Shown: positions 81,829 to 91,786 of the stretch, piece by piece
How positions within the stretch are numbered: position 1 is the stretch's first letter
Layout of the letters: every line of letters begins with the position of its first letter
Assembly: GCF_000737315.1 (NCBI RefSeq)
Contig: NZ_JMCB01000005.1
Span: 20,001 to 268,000, forward strand
DNA from: Hyalangium minutum
GTDB lineage: Bacteria; Myxococcota; Myxococcia; Myxococcales; Myxococcaceae
Length of the DNA stretch: 248,000 bases
Reading direction: 5' to 3'
Program-made: the position numbers and the translations under genes
The notes under the pieces: generated by a model
The model's input: only the letters and a program-made list of their open reading frames with translations
Told to the model about the DNA's origin: nothing
The model's database searches: none

Positions 81829-81982
81829 TCACGAACCTCGCACATCCTCCGTGTATCAGCGCGGAGGTCGAGGACAATATACCGCCGCGTTTCTGGCGGA
81901 TCAGCGGTCGTGAGGGTGAGCCGCTGTCGAAAAAGAGCCGCTCCGGCCAGGACAGCACCGGAGCGGCCTACGGCTCGGGGTC

Positions 81983-82348
81983 TCAGTGCTTCGGCTTGGC
82001 CGGAGCATCCGAGGCGCTGCGCTTCTCCTCCTGGAGCGTCGTCGCGCCCGTGAGCGTCAGGTACGGCTTGAGCTTCTGGAACTTCTTCTTCCCGAAGCCC
82101 TTCACGCGCACCAATTCCTCAACGCGCTTGAAGGGGTGCTTCTCCCGGTGATCGAGGATGCGGTCCACCGCCTTCCTCCCCACGCCCGGCAGCCGGTCCA
82201 GCTCCTCCGGTGTGGCCTCGTTGAGGTTCACCACGCCGGAGTACTGCATCTGCGTGCGGCGCCGCCCTGCCTCCGCCACCCCAGGCCCCAGCAGCACGAG
82301 CCCGAGCACCATCATCACCCCCATCCCCAGCACCGCACGCCCGCTCAC
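81983..82348 (-). CDS. comEA: ComEA family helix-hairpin-helix protein
   Basis: VNLNEA, LPGVG, VKGFG. Confidence 0.8.
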   Translation of the reverse strand: MSGRAVLGMGVMMVLGLVLLGPGVAEAGRRRTQMQYSGVVNLNEATPEELDRLPGVGRKAVDRILDHREKHPFKRVEELVRVKGFGKKKFQKLKPYLTLTGATTLQEEKRSASDAPAKPKH

Positions 82349-82593
82349 GAGTGGCCCTCCATCAGCGCCGGCTCGAGCCCCGCCTCCGACCCGAAGCGCC
82401 CGCTGGCCTGAGCGCCGTCCCGCTTGTCCGCGGCCTCGCGCACGTGCAGCTTCCCGTCCAGGGGCAGCACATCCAGCAGCACGTTCAGCGAGCCGTCCTT
82501 GTTCACGAAGGCGCTCCCCGCACGCACCCAGATGCTCCCGCCCTTGCCCTCCCGAATGGAGAACACCGCCAACCTCTTTCCTGCCGTCAGCAT
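82345..82593 (-). CDS. Small conserved hypothetical protein
   Basis: WVRAGSAFVNKDGSLNV. Confidence 0.65.
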   Translation of the reverse strand: MLTAGKRLAVFSIREGKGGSIWVRAGSAFVNKDGSLNVLLDVLPLDGKLHVREAADKRDGAQASGRFGSEAGLEPALMEGHS

Positions 82594-82680
82594 CGTCCTA
82601 CCTCGCTCCTTCACACTCCCGCGCCACCCATGGCGTGGGCGCCTCATCGGCTTCGACCGCCTGAGGTCGCAGGAGCCCAA

Positions 82681-82696
82681 AGCAGGCGCCGTGCCA
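82681..82696 (-). promoter_or_regulatory. Sigma54 promoter candidate
   Basis: Reverse strand TGGCAC-GGCGC-CTGCT. Confidence 0.55.
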
Positions 82697-82801
82697 ACGG
82701 CACTTCCCCTCGGAGAGGCTGTGAAAGAGAGCGTTTCGGAGCCCCGTACCGTCCACCGCCGTGGACTGCCGTGGACGGTCGTGGATGGGGAGCCCGGAGG
82801 A

Positions 82802-83458
82802 CTACTTCCTGGAGGACTTCTTCGTGGCCGTCTTCTTCCGCGCCGCGCCCGCCTTCTTCGCGGCGGACTTCTTCGTGGCGGCCTTCCTCGGAGCCGGGGC
82901 GCTGGCCTCCTCCTCCTGCTCGCGCGCGGCCTCGGCGACTTCCTCGACGGCCTTCGTGTTCTGCTTCCGGAAGCGCTCGAACCCCTCCCTCGAGAAGACC
83001 GAGGTGCCTTCCTCCCGAGCCCGCCGGAACACCTCCTTGAGGGCGGTGCGGCTGAGCTGCGGGTTCTTGTAGTACTCCATCGCCACCCGGCCCATGGCCC
83101 AGTTGGCGGCGTACGCGGGAGCCACCGTCAGGAGCGCGCCGAGCACCGGGATGAGCGCCTTGATGCCCTGCCGTGCCAGCAGGCCCACGCCTGCGGTGGT
83201 GCCCAGCTCGATGAGGAGCTCCTGCGCCGAGGCCTTGGTCACCTTGCGCCCGTAGATGTGCCCCACCGTCATCACCATGCCGGTCTGGATGGGCAGCGTC
83301 AGCACCACGTCCGTCAGCGGCAGCGGCGAGATGGCCACCAGCGCCACCGCGTACGAGCTCATGTTGATGACATCCCGAGCCATCGCGTCCCGCTCCTTCG
83401 CGGGCACCTTGCTGAAGTCCCGTGTGCGGATGTCATCCAATGTGTCGAGCCACGACAT
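82802..83458 (-). CDS. DUF697-like protein with Lys/Ala-rich tail
   Basis: SPLPLTD..., IGHIYG; tail KAATKKSAAKK. Confidence 0.7.
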   Translation of the reverse strand: MSWLDTLDDIRTRDFSKVPAKERDAMARDVINMSSYAVALVAISPLPLTDVVLTLPIQTGMVMTVGHIYGRKVTKASAQELLIELGTTAGVGLLARQGIKALIPVLGALLTVAPAYAANWAMGRVAMEYYKNPQLSRTALKEVFRRAREEGTSVFSREGFERFRKQNTKAVEEVAEAAREQEEEASAPAPRKAATKKSAAKKAGAARKKTATKKSSRK

Positions 83459-83643
83459 GGTCGTCTTCTCCTGGACTGGTCGCACGGAGCATACCCGGAC
83501 GTTGCTCGCTGAACAGGACGCGCGCGGAGGGAGCGGCTCCCGCCGAAAATGCCACTGGGAGTGGACGGTGGGCGAGGCACTGGTCAGCCCCGGAGGGCAT
83601 GCACAGGTTCTGTCCTCGATTCTGGCAGGGGGAGGTGGTTGGC

Positions 83644-84177
83644 GTGGCGCTTCGGTTCTCCTTACTGGCGTCTCAGTTGCTGCAGGATCGCGAGTCCGTG
83701 CTGAAGGCGGTCTCCTGGCCGGTGCTGGTGTGGGAATCTCCACCGCCCCGCAAGGAGGCCCCGCTGGGCTTCGCGCGCTCCACGCTGTCCAATATCCGCT
83801 TCTCACGGCCCACCGCCTCCGAGCCGCTCGTGCTTGAGCTGCACAAGCGCATCGCCGATGTGGACGAGGTGACGCTGGGCCGCTCGCCCGACTGTGACAT
83901 TGTCATCGACGACCCCACTGTGTCGCGGCTGCACGCCGTGTTCCGCAAGGAGCCGCACACGGGCATGTGGCAGGTGGTGGATGCCGAGAGCCACAACGGC
84001 ACCTTCCAGGCGGGCGTGCTCATCGTCCCGGGCCGCCCGACGCCGCTGTTCGATCGGGCCTCGCTGCGCTTCGGGGCCGTGGAGATGTCCTTCCTGCAGG
84101 CGCCCGCTTTCGAGCAGTACGTGCACGCCCGAGCGCGCTCCCAGGTGCGCTTGACGAGCGTGGGCGTAAACCCATAG
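83644..84177 (+). CDS. FHA domain protein
   Basis: LGRSPDCD, VSRLHA, SHNGT. Confidence 0.82.
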   Translation: MALRFSLLASQLLQDRESVLKAVSWPVLVWESPPPRKEAPLGFARSTLSNIRFSRPTASEPLVLELHKRIADVDEVTLGRSPDCDIVIDDPTVSRLHAVFRKEPHTGMWQVVDAESHNGTFQAGVLIVPGRPTPLFDRASLRFGAVEMSFLQAPAFEQYVHARARSQVRLTSVGVNP

Positions 84178-84184
84178 AAGGGCC

Positions 84185-84400
84185 GCGCCTTTGGGTGCCC
84201 ATGCAGGGCACGCAAGAGGGAAGCCGGTGGAAATCCGGCGCGGTCCCGCCACTGTATGTGGGCAGCCCTGTCGGTCAGGGCCGGGGTCCTCGGCAGTCCC
84301 CACTCGAGAGGGTTGTCTCGGGGAAGGGGGAGGACTTCTTCCGGAGAGGCGCAGCGTGCGCCCTCACCCGGAGCCCATGAGCCAGGAGACCTGCCCAGAG
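84185..84400 (+). promoter_or_regulatory. Cobalamin (B12) riboswitch
   Basis: GGGAAGCCGGTGGAAATCCGGCGCGGTCCCGCCACTGT, CCAC...GGGAAG, GAGCCAGGAGACCTGCC, upstream of a BtuB-like gene. Confidence 0.92.
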
Positions 84401-84467
84401 GTCCGGCCGCTCGCAAGGCGGCTCCGGATGGCCTTCTCTCTTCGATGGAGAGAGCGGAAGGCGGAGC

Positions 84468-86513
84468 ATGGGGCGGTCATCTCTTGCCGGGCTCGGTTTG
84501 TGTCTGGCGCTCACCCTGAATGGAATCGCGCGAGCCCAAGGGGCTCCTGACGCGAGCACTCCTGCGCCCACCGCCCCGGGCGAGCAGGCTCCCATCATTA
84601 TTGATGCGGTAGAGCCCGAGGACGCGCTCATCTCCGCTCCAGAGGTGGAGGTCCAGGCGACGCGCCCGCCCGAGCCCATGACTTCGGCCCGGCAGAGGGA
84701 CCCCAGTGGGGCGCTCACCATCATTGATACGGCGGTCTTTGGCGGAGCCGCGAAGGATGCCGCCGAGGTGCTCTCCACCTCCGCGGGCGTGCAGGTGCAG
84801 GACAGCGGCGGCTACGGGCAGAGCAAGAACCTGGTGGTGCGCGGCGCCTCGCCGAATGGCTCGCTGCTGTTGCTGGATGGCATTCCCCTGAATGGAGCGG
84901 GTGGGGTGGTGGACCTGTCTCGGGTGCCGCTGGCGATGGTGGAGCGCTTCGAGGTGCTCCGCGGGGGCGCGGGGGCGCGCTACGGCTCAGGAGGGCTGGG
85001 CGGCGTGGTGAACGTCGTCACCCGGCGGCCGGGAGAGCAGGCGCGCGTGGCGGGAGAGGCCACGTATGGAAGCTGGGGCACGCAGCTCGGCTGGCTGTCC
85101 GCGACGGGCCCGCTCGCGGGGGTGGATGCGCTGCTGCTGGTGCATGGTGGGCGCTCCGAGGGCGACTTTTCGTTCCTCTTCGACCCGAGCCCCGCGTTCC
85201 CGGGAGATGCGCTGGAGGAGCGCCGCCGGACCAACAATGACGCGCGTGGAGCGGGAGGACTGCTTCGGCTGCGGCGCACTTCGGAGCGCGGCCTCGAGGT
85301 GGACCTGCTGACCGAGCTGTTCGCGGATGACCGGGGGCTCGCAGGCACCGCGGTCAATCCGAGCCCGGACACGCGGCAGAGCACGCAGCGCGCATCGGCC
85401 AGCCTCCGCGTCTCGGGCGAGCGGGAGGGCGTGCGCGGCTCCGCGCGGGCATGGTTCCGAGGAGAGCGTCTGAGTCTGGAGGGTGGGCCTCAGGCAGTGC
85501 AGGGCTCCCAGACGCAGCGGGTGGGTGGCGTGGAGGTGGAGGCGCGGAAGCTGCTGGGCGGCTGGCATGGCCTGTCGGCGGCGGTGACCGTCACGGGCGA
85601 GGACGTGACGGACGCGGAGCTCGTCTCCGGTGAGGACTCTCGACCGAGCTGGCTGCGCGCCAGCGTCATGGTGATGGACGAGCTGGTGCTGGTGGGCGGC
85701 CAGCTGCTCGTTGCGCCGTCGATACGAGTGGAGCGCGCCGGGCCGCACACGCTGCTGTCGCCGAAGGTGGGCGCCACGCTGTCGCTGCCGTGGAGCCTGG
85801 AGCTGCGCGCCAACGCTGGGCAGGCGCACCGGGCTCCGTCCTTCCAGGAGCTGTACGTGCGCCAGGGGCTGCTGCTGCCGAACGCCGCGCTCCGCCCCGA
85901 GCGGGCGCTCTACGCGGATCTCGCGGTGGTGCATCGCACCGAGCGCTCGCTGGCCTCGGTGGGCGGCTTCTACAGTCTCTACGAGGACCTGATCGCCTAC
86001 GAGCTCTACCCGCCGTTCTCCGCCAAGCCCTTCAACTTCGCCGCCGCGAGCGTGGCCGGGCTGGAGGCCGAGGGCGAGTGGCGTCCCGCTCCGTGGGTGT
86101 CGGGCACGCTGGGCTACACGCTGCTCGTCTCGCGCAACCTCCGGGACGACGTGCGCTACTACCGCAAGGAGCTGCCGTACCGTCCGCGCCACAAGCTGAG
86201 CGCGCGCGTGTCCGGCGGTCCGCGCTGGCTCACCGGGCGCGTGGAGGTGGCCTCGCAGTCCGCGCAGTTCACCAACCGCACCGAAGAGGCCGTGTTGCCG
86301 GGGCGGACGTTCGTCCACGCGGGGGCCTCCAGCACCTTCGGGCACTCTCCCGAGCTGACCCTCTCCGTGGAGCTGAAGAACGTCTTCGACGCGCACGCCG
86401 AGGACCTCAACGGCTACCCCCTTCCAGGCCGCTCCGCTTACGTGACGCTCACGGCGGCGTTCGGTGGCACTTCCCCCAGCAGTTCCCCCTCACAAAGGAC
86501 GGAAGTTCGATGA
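84468..86513 (+). CDS. btuB: TonB-dependent receptor, cobalamin uptake
   Basis: Plug motifs LDGIPL, RGGAGARYG, C-terminal NVFD...GYPLPGR; under a B12 riboswitch. Confidence 0.82.
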   Translation: MGRSSLAGLGLCLALTLNGIARAQGAPDASTPAPTAPGEQAPIIIDAVEPEDALISAPEVEVQATRPPEPMTSARQRDPSGALTIIDTAVFGGAAKDAAEVLSTSAGVQVQDSGGYGQSKNLVVRGASPNGSLLLLDGIPLNGAGGVVDLSRVPLAMVERFEVLRGGAGARYGSGGLGGVVNVVTRRPGEQARVAGEATYGSWGTQLGWLSATGPLAGVDALLLVHGGRSEGDFSFLFDPSPAFPGDALEERRRTNNDARGAGGLLRLRRTSERGLEVDLLTELFADDRGLAGTAVNPSPDTRQSTQRASASLRVSGEREGVRGSARAWFRGERLSLEGGPQAVQGSQTQRVGGVEVEARKLLGGWHGLSAAVTVTGEDVTDAELVSGEDSRPSWLRASVMVMDELVLVGGQLLVAPSIRVERAGPHTLLSPKVGATLSLPWSLELRANAGQAHRAPSFQELYVRQGLLLPNAALRPERALYADLAVVHRTERSLASVGGFYSLYEDLIAYELYPPFSAKPFNFAAASVAGLEAEGEWRPAPWVSGTLGYTLLVSRNLRDDVRYYRKELPYRPRHKLSARVSGGPRWLTGRVEVASQSAQFTNRTEEAVLPGRTFVHAGASSTFGHSPELTLSVELKNVFDAHAEDLNGYPLPGRSAYVTLTAAFGGTSPSSSPSQRTEVR

Positions 86514-88087
86514 GAAGTACGTTGACGGTGACAATAGTGGCCCTGGGCCTGTGGCTGAGTGGCTGTCCGGATTCCGGCGCGGAGTGCAGCGAGGGCCTGA
86601 CCCTCTGCTCCGACCAGTGCGAGGACCTCACCAGCTCCACCTCGAACTGCGGTGCGTGCGGCAACACCTGTGGGAGCGGGCAGGTGTGTTCGGAAGGAGC
86701 CTGCCGGTGCCAAGAGGGCGCCACCCTCTGTGCCGGGCAGTGCACCGTCACCGCGACCGATGCGAACAACTGCGGCGCCTGTGGTGTCTCTTGCGGCCAG
86801 GGCCGGGTGTGCGAGAGCGGCCAGTGCAAGGTGAACTGCTCCCAGGGCCTCACGCGCTGCGGGGACTCGTGCGTGGACCTCGCGAAGGACGCGGGACACT
86901 GCGGCACCTGCGAGACGGCGTGCACGGATGCGAAGAGCTGCCACTCGGGCGTGTGCACGTATGACGTCGTCGCGGCCTGCTTCAACACGGGCCAGGTGGT
87001 GGGCCTCCAGGCGGGCTCGGACCTGAAGGGCCCCAACCGGGCCATCGGCGACCACCCGCAGTCGGTGGCGCCCATGCAGGATGTGCTGCTGGTGCTCGAC
87101 ACCGCGAAGAAGCTGCGCGAGGCCCGGCTCGTGGACTACGTCTCCCTGCCGAAGGCTGCGGACACCGACGACGCGCCCAACCAGGTGCTCGTCGAGGACC
87201 CCTACGTCTACGTCCTCAACTCCTCCAGCAACACGCTGCTGGTGCTCCAGCGCAAGACGGCGCCCGGCACGCTCACCGAGGGCACACGCTTCCCGCAGGG
87301 GCTCGGGCTGGAGCCGGTGGCCCGGGTGGACTTCGGTGCCAGCTCCAACCCGTTCGCCATGGCCCGGCTCGGCACGGACCTGTGGGTCACCCTGTATGGC
87401 AACTTCTTCGGAGACCTGTCCGCCGGCGGCAAGGTGGCTCGCGTCAGCCTGGCCAATCCCGCCCAGCCGGAGCTGACCTCGCCGCTGGTCCAGCTGCCCT
87501 CGGGCGATGCGCTCCAGCCGTTCCCGGATAGAAGCCCTGTTCCCACCCCCTCGGGCATCGTCGCCCACCGCGGCTTCCTCTATGTGGCGCTCAACAACCT
87601 GGACCCGAACACCTATGGGCCCGGCGGCCCCGGCCTCGTCGCGAAGATCGATCCGCAGACCCGCGAGGTGAAGTACCTCCCGCTCGGGGACGGGTGCCTC
87701 AACGCGGGCTGGCTTGCCCCCGTGGGGAACAAGCTGGTGGTGAGCTGCGCGGGCGAGGCCACCTATGACGCCAGCTACAACCTCACCGCCGTGAAGAAGT
87801 CGTCCCTGGTGCTGCTGGATGAGCAGGACGCCGCCGTCTCCACCTGGGCCCTCGCGTGCCCCGAGTCGAGCACCTCCTGCGCGCTGCCCTCCGCTGGCCG
87901 CTTCGCCGTGGTGGGTAACCGCATCTACCTGGGTGACAACAACGCGGGCCGCATCTTCGTCGTCGACGTCACCGGGAACACGCTCACCGAGGTGCGCGGC
88001 CTCAGTGGCCAGAAGCAGCCCCCTATCCCCGCCTGCCAGCGCGAGTCCGGCTTCTCCCTCGTGGGAGACGTCGTCGCCATTCCGTAG
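86510..88087 (+). CDS. Cys-rich repeat lipoprotein (MXAN_6577-like) with beta-propeller region
   Basis: Repeated NCGACG..C motifs. Confidence 0.75.
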   Translation: MRSTLTVTIVALGLWLSGCPDSGAECSEGLTLCSDQCEDLTSSTSNCGACGNTCGSGQVCSEGACRCQEGATLCAGQCTVTATDANNCGACGVSCGQGRVCESGQCKVNCSQGLTRCGDSCVDLAKDAGHCGTCETACTDAKSCHSGVCTYDVVAACFNTGQVVGLQAGSDLKGPNRAIGDHPQSVAPMQDVLLVLDTAKKLREARLVDYVSLPKAADTDDAPNQVLVEDPYVYVLNSSSNTLLVLQRKTAPGTLTEGTRFPQGLGLEPVARVDFGASSNPFAMARLGTDLWVTLYGNFFGDLSAGGKVARVSLANPAQPELTSPLVQLPSGDALQPFPDRSPVPTPSGIVAHRGFLYVALNNLDPNTYGPGGPGLVAKIDPQTREVKYLPLGDGCLNAGWLAPVGNKLVVSCAGEATYDASYNLTAVKKSSLVLLDEQDAAVSTWALACPESSTSCALPSAGRFAVVGNRIYLGDNNAGRIFVVDVTGNTLTEVRGLSGQKQPPIPACQRESGFSLVGDVVAIP

Positions 88088-88099
88088 GAGACTGCCCTC

Positions 88100-88963
88100 A
88101 TGAGAGTCCGCCTCACTCCGTTGCTCCTGCTCGCCGCGCTGGTCTTCTCCGGCGTGGCGGGCGCCGCCGATGCGCAGCCTGGGCCCCGGTGGCTGGGACC
88201 GAAGAAGCCCGCGAAGGTGCAGCGCGTGGTGACGCTGGCTCCGTCCCTCTCGGAGATGGTGATCGCCCTGGGGGCGGGCAGCTCTCTGGTGGGGGTGTCC
88301 CGCTTCGACACGGACAAGAGCGTGGAGAAGCTGCCCCGCGTGGGCGGCTTCGTGGATCCGTCCGTGGAGGCCGTCATCGCGCTCAAGCCGGACGTGGTGC
88401 TCGTCCAGCCGGGCCCTGGCAACCAGCGGCCCGTGGAGCGCATGGCCGAGCTCGGCGTCCCCGTGCTCCTGCTGCCCCTGCACACCGTGGCGGACACGCT
88501 CGCCGCCTTGCGTGCGGTGGGGCAGGCGCTCAGCCGCGTCCAGGAGGCCGACGCGCTCGTCTCCCGCATCGAGGCCATCCGGTCCCGCATCCGCGAGGCG
88601 GCGAAGAAGCTGCCCACGCCGCGTGTGCTGCTTGCCTATGGCTTCGAGCCACTGGTGGTCGCTGGGCCAGGCTCCTTCGCGGACGAGCTGCTGCGCGACG
88701 CCGGGGCCGTGAACGTCGCGGCGGATGCAGGCTCCGCCTACCCCGTCTATTCGGTGGAGCGCGCGGTGCGGGCCAAGCCTGACGTGGTGGTGGATGCGGC
88801 GGATGTGGACGTGGGCAAGGAGAAGATCCAGGCTCTGCCCGGGCTGTCCGCCGCGCGCTGGGTAGAGGTGCCATCCTTCGCGCTGCTGCAGCCTGGGCCC
88901 TCGCTGGGAAAGGGCCTCGAAGAGTTGTTCGGGCTGTTGCATCCGGGCGTCCAGGTCCGCTAG
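88100..88963 (+). CDS. btuF: Cobalamin ABC substrate-binding protein
   Basis: RVVTLAPSLSE, EAVIALKPD. Confidence 0.78.
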   Translation: MRVRLTPLLLLAALVFSGVAGAADAQPGPRWLGPKKPAKVQRVVTLAPSLSEMVIALGAGSSLVGVSRFDTDKSVEKLPRVGGFVDPSVEAVIALKPDVVLVQPGPGNQRPVERMAELGVPVLLLPLHTVADTLAALRAVGQALSRVQEADALVSRIEAIRSRIREAAKKLPTPRVLLAYGFEPLVVAGPGSFADELLRDAGAVNVAADAGSAYPVYSVERAVRAKPDVVVDAADVDVGKEKIQALPGLSAARWVEVPSFALLQPGPSLGKGLEELFGLLHPGVQVR

Positions 88964-88976
88964 CGGAGGAGAGGGA

Positions 88977-90044
88977 GTGACACGGCAGGGAAGGAGGCTG
89001 AGCGCCTCGCGGGTCCTCGGCCTGGGTGCCGCGGGCCTTGTGCTGTTGGCCGTCGCCTTCGCTATCGCCGTCCGCTTTGGCGAGCAGCCCATCTCCCTCT
89101 CCGCTGCGCTCGGCGATCCGCAGTCGAGCGACGCCGTCATCTTCTGGTCCCTGCGTCTGCCCCGCGCCCTGCTGGGCATCATCGTCGGCGCGGGGCTCGC
89201 GGCATCCGGAACCACGCTCCAGGGTCTGCTGCGCAACCCGCTGGCGGATCCGTTCGTGCTCGGCGTCTCCGGTGGTGCCGCCCTGGGCGCTACGCTCGCG
89301 CTGGCGTTGGGGCTGGCCACGGTGGGGCAGGTGGCCCCGGGGCTGTTCGGCGGGCTCTCGCGGCTCTCGGGGCCCGCGCTCCTGGCATTCGCCGGTGCGG
89401 GAGGCTCCGTGCTCTTCGTTCTCGCCGCCAGCCGGGGCCACTCCTCGCGGGCGCCTTATGCCGCGCTGCTCACGGGCGTGGTCTTCAACGCGTTCGCCTC
89501 CGCCGCCATCACGCTCATCAAGACGCTGTCCGCCCCGGATCGCCTGGGAGAGATTCTCTACTGGCTGGCGGGCTCGCTCGGTTACGAGCGCGGTGCCACG
89601 CTGGGGCTGGCCGCGCTGCTCCAGCTCGCCGCCATCGCGGTGATGGTGGCGCTCTCCGGACGGCTCAACTTGATGATGCTCGGGGACGAGGATGCCGCGG
89701 CCCTGGGAGTTCCCGTGGCCCGCACGCGGCGCCTGTTGCTGCTGGCCACCAGCGCGAGCGTCGCCGGAGCCGTGGCCCTCACGGGCTTGATTGGCTTCGT
89801 GGGCCTCATCGTGCCGCACGTGCTGCGACTGGCCTTCGGGCCGGATCAGCGGCTGCTCGTCCCGCTCTCCGCGCTGGGAGGCGCCGCGTTCCTGGTGCTG
89901 GCGGACGTGCTGGCGCGGGTGTCCTTCGCTTTCTTCGGCAACGAGCTGCCCGTTGGCGTCATCACGGCTCTGCTCGGCGGCCCCCTCTTCATTGCCCTGC
90001 TGTACCGGCGGGGCGGCGCCCCACGAGCAGAGGGCCGGGGGTGA
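88977..90044 (+). CDS. btuC: FecCD/BtuC permease
   Basis: LRLPR, RNPLADP, GFVGLIVPH. Confidence 0.82.
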   Translation: MTRQGRRLSASRVLGLGAAGLVLLAVAFAIAVRFGEQPISLSAALGDPQSSDAVIFWSLRLPRALLGIIVGAGLAASGTTLQGLLRNPLADPFVLGVSGGAALGATLALALGLATVGQVAPGLFGGLSRLSGPALLAFAGAGGSVLFVLAASRGHSSRAPYAALLTGVVFNAFASAAITLIKTLSAPDRLGEILYWLAGSLGYERGATLGLAALLQLAAIAVMVALSGRLNLMMLGDEDAAALGVPVARTRRLLLLATSASVAGAVALTGLIGFVGLIVPHVLRLAFGPDQRLLVPLSALGGAAFLVLADVLARVSFAFFGNELPVGVITALLGGPLFIALLYRRGGAPRAEGRG

Positions 90045-90047
90045 CAC

Positions 90048-91139
90048 TCACATGGCCGCTAATGAGGGCTGTCCCTCGCGCGTGAACTCTTCAATCTCCG
90101 CCATGCACCGGCGGGTCTCGTGCTCGGTGAGGAAGACGCGCAGCGCCTCGCGGATGGAGGGCATGGCCTGGATGAGTGTTCCCACGTTCAGGTGCTCGGG
90201 GTCCACGTTGGCCCGGCGGCAGGCGCGCGTGATGGTCGTGGCGGCGATCACCGGCGACAGGCCGCTGCACGCCACCACCCGATCAAAGAGCCGGCCCGGG
90301 GCAGCGCTGGCCATCGAGGAGCGGGGCATGGCATGCCGGGGGGGCTCGTCCTCCGCGGCGCGCCGCCGCAGCAGGTTGCGCACCTGCGCGCGCAGCAGCG
90401 TCATGTCGCTCGCCTTGGGGCAGAACGCATCCACCCCCGCCGCGAGCGCCTCCGCCATCTTCTGGCTCTCGAAGAGCGCGGTGAACATCAGCAGCGGCAC
90501 CGTGGCCATCTTCGGATCCGCGCGGATGATGCGCGCCGCCGCGATGCCATCCATCCGCGGCAGCACCAGGTCCATCAGGATGCAGTCCACCGGCTGCGCC
90601 TTCAGCAGCGAGAGCGCCTCCTCGGCCGAGACCGCGGCGATGAGGTCATGCCCGTCCTTGCGCAGCTCCTCCACCACGGCATGGAGGAAGGTGGGGCTGT
90701 CATCCACCACCAGCACCCGGCGGCGGCGCGCGGCGGCCACCAGCTTCGGCTCCAGGTCCATCGTGGTGGAGCGCGCCCGCGTCAGCTCCCGGGCCCGCTT
90801 CACCACCAGGGCCGGATCGTACGGCTTGCCCACGTAGTCGTTGGCCCCGCCGCTCAGGCCTCGGAGCCGGGCCTTCACGGCCGCCTCCGCGGAGAGCACG
90901 AGCACGGGCACATGGGCCGTGCGCTCCTCGGCGCGAAGCTGGATGAGCAGCTCCACGCCGTCTCCATCCTGGAGGATGACGTCGAGGATGATCAGATCGA
91001 CCCACTCCTCGGAGAGCGCCTTGCGCGCTGCCGCGATGCCTCCACACACCAGGGTATTGAAGCCCGCGGCGCTGAGTACCCCGCGGAGATCCGCTCGCAC
91101 AGTCGCGCTGTCATCGACGATGAGCACACTGGGTTTCAT
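90048..91139 (-). CDS. Dual-receiver response regulator, output of the chemosensory cluster
   Basis: Two REC domains (VDDS...D, VDDS...MD). Confidence 0.85.
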   Translation of the reverse strand: MKPSVLIVDDSATVRADLRGVLSAAGFNTLVCGGIAAARKALSEEWVDLIILDVILQDGDGVELLIQLRAEERTAHVPVLVLSAEAAVKARLRGLSGGANDYVGKPYDPALVVKRARELTRARSTTMDLEPKLVAAARRRRVLVVDDSPTFLHAVVEELRKDGHDLIAAVSAEEALSLLKAQPVDCILMDLVLPRMDGIAAARIIRADPKMATVPLLMFTALFESQKMAEALAAGVDAFCPKASDMTLLRAQVRNLLRRRAAEDEPPRHAMPRSSMASAAPGRLFDRVVACSGLSPVIAATTITRACRRANVDPEHLNVGTLIQAMPSIREALRVFLTEHETRRCMAEIEEFTREGQPSLAAM

Positions 91140-91786
91140 GCTGGCCTTCCTTTCACTGCCGTGCGCGCGAGTGCCGCCAGGCACCCGGGCAGATCCTGCA
91201 ACCCGACGACGTGTTGGACCGCGCCCAGCCGGATGGCCTCGCACGGCATTCCAAAGACGGCGGAGCTGGCCTCGTCCTGAGCCAGCGTTGTTGCGCCCAC
91301 CTTCTGGAGCGCCTGAAGCCCCTGGGCTCCGTCCCGCCCCATCCCCGTCAGCAGGCAGCCAATGGCGTACGGCCCAAGCTGCTGCGCGGCCGACTCGAAG
91401 AGCACATCCACCGAGGGACGGCACGAGTGCCGCTCCGGCTCGTCCGTCAGCCACAGCCGGCCGCTGTGCATCCGCAGGTGCCGGTTGGCCCGTGCCATCA
91501 CCACCTGAGGAAGGCCCACCGGTGGCAGTGGCTCTCCGTCCACCGCCTGGCGCACGGGGAAGGGCGCGTCCTTGCCCAGCAACTCTATCAGCGTGTTCTC
91601 GAAGGACTCGGAGAGGTGGAGCACCAGGAAGATGGGCAGAGAGAAGTCTCGAGGCAGTCCCCGGATCAACTGCCGCACGGCCGTGGGGCCGCCGGTGGAG
91701 CCGCCCATCACGACCGCACGCGGAGCTCGCGCCGGAGCGGGCAGGAGCGGCGGCCTCGAAGGCCTGGGGAGAGTGAGCGATGTCAT
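91136..91786 (-). CDS. cheB: CheB methylesterase lacking a REC domain
   Basis: GSTGGP, H, PSVDVLF, TGMGRDG. Confidence 0.88.
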   Translation of the reverse strand: MTSLTLPRPSRPPLLPAPARAPRAVVMGGSTGGPTAVRQLIRGLPRDFSLPIFLVLHLSESFENTLIELLGKDAPFPVRQAVDGEPLPPVGLPQVVMARANRHLRMHSGRLWLTDEPERHSCRPSVDVLFESAAQQLGPYAIGCLLTGMGRDGAQGLQALQKVGATTLAQDEASSAVFGMPCEAIRLGAVQHVVGLQDLPGCLAALARTAVKGRPA

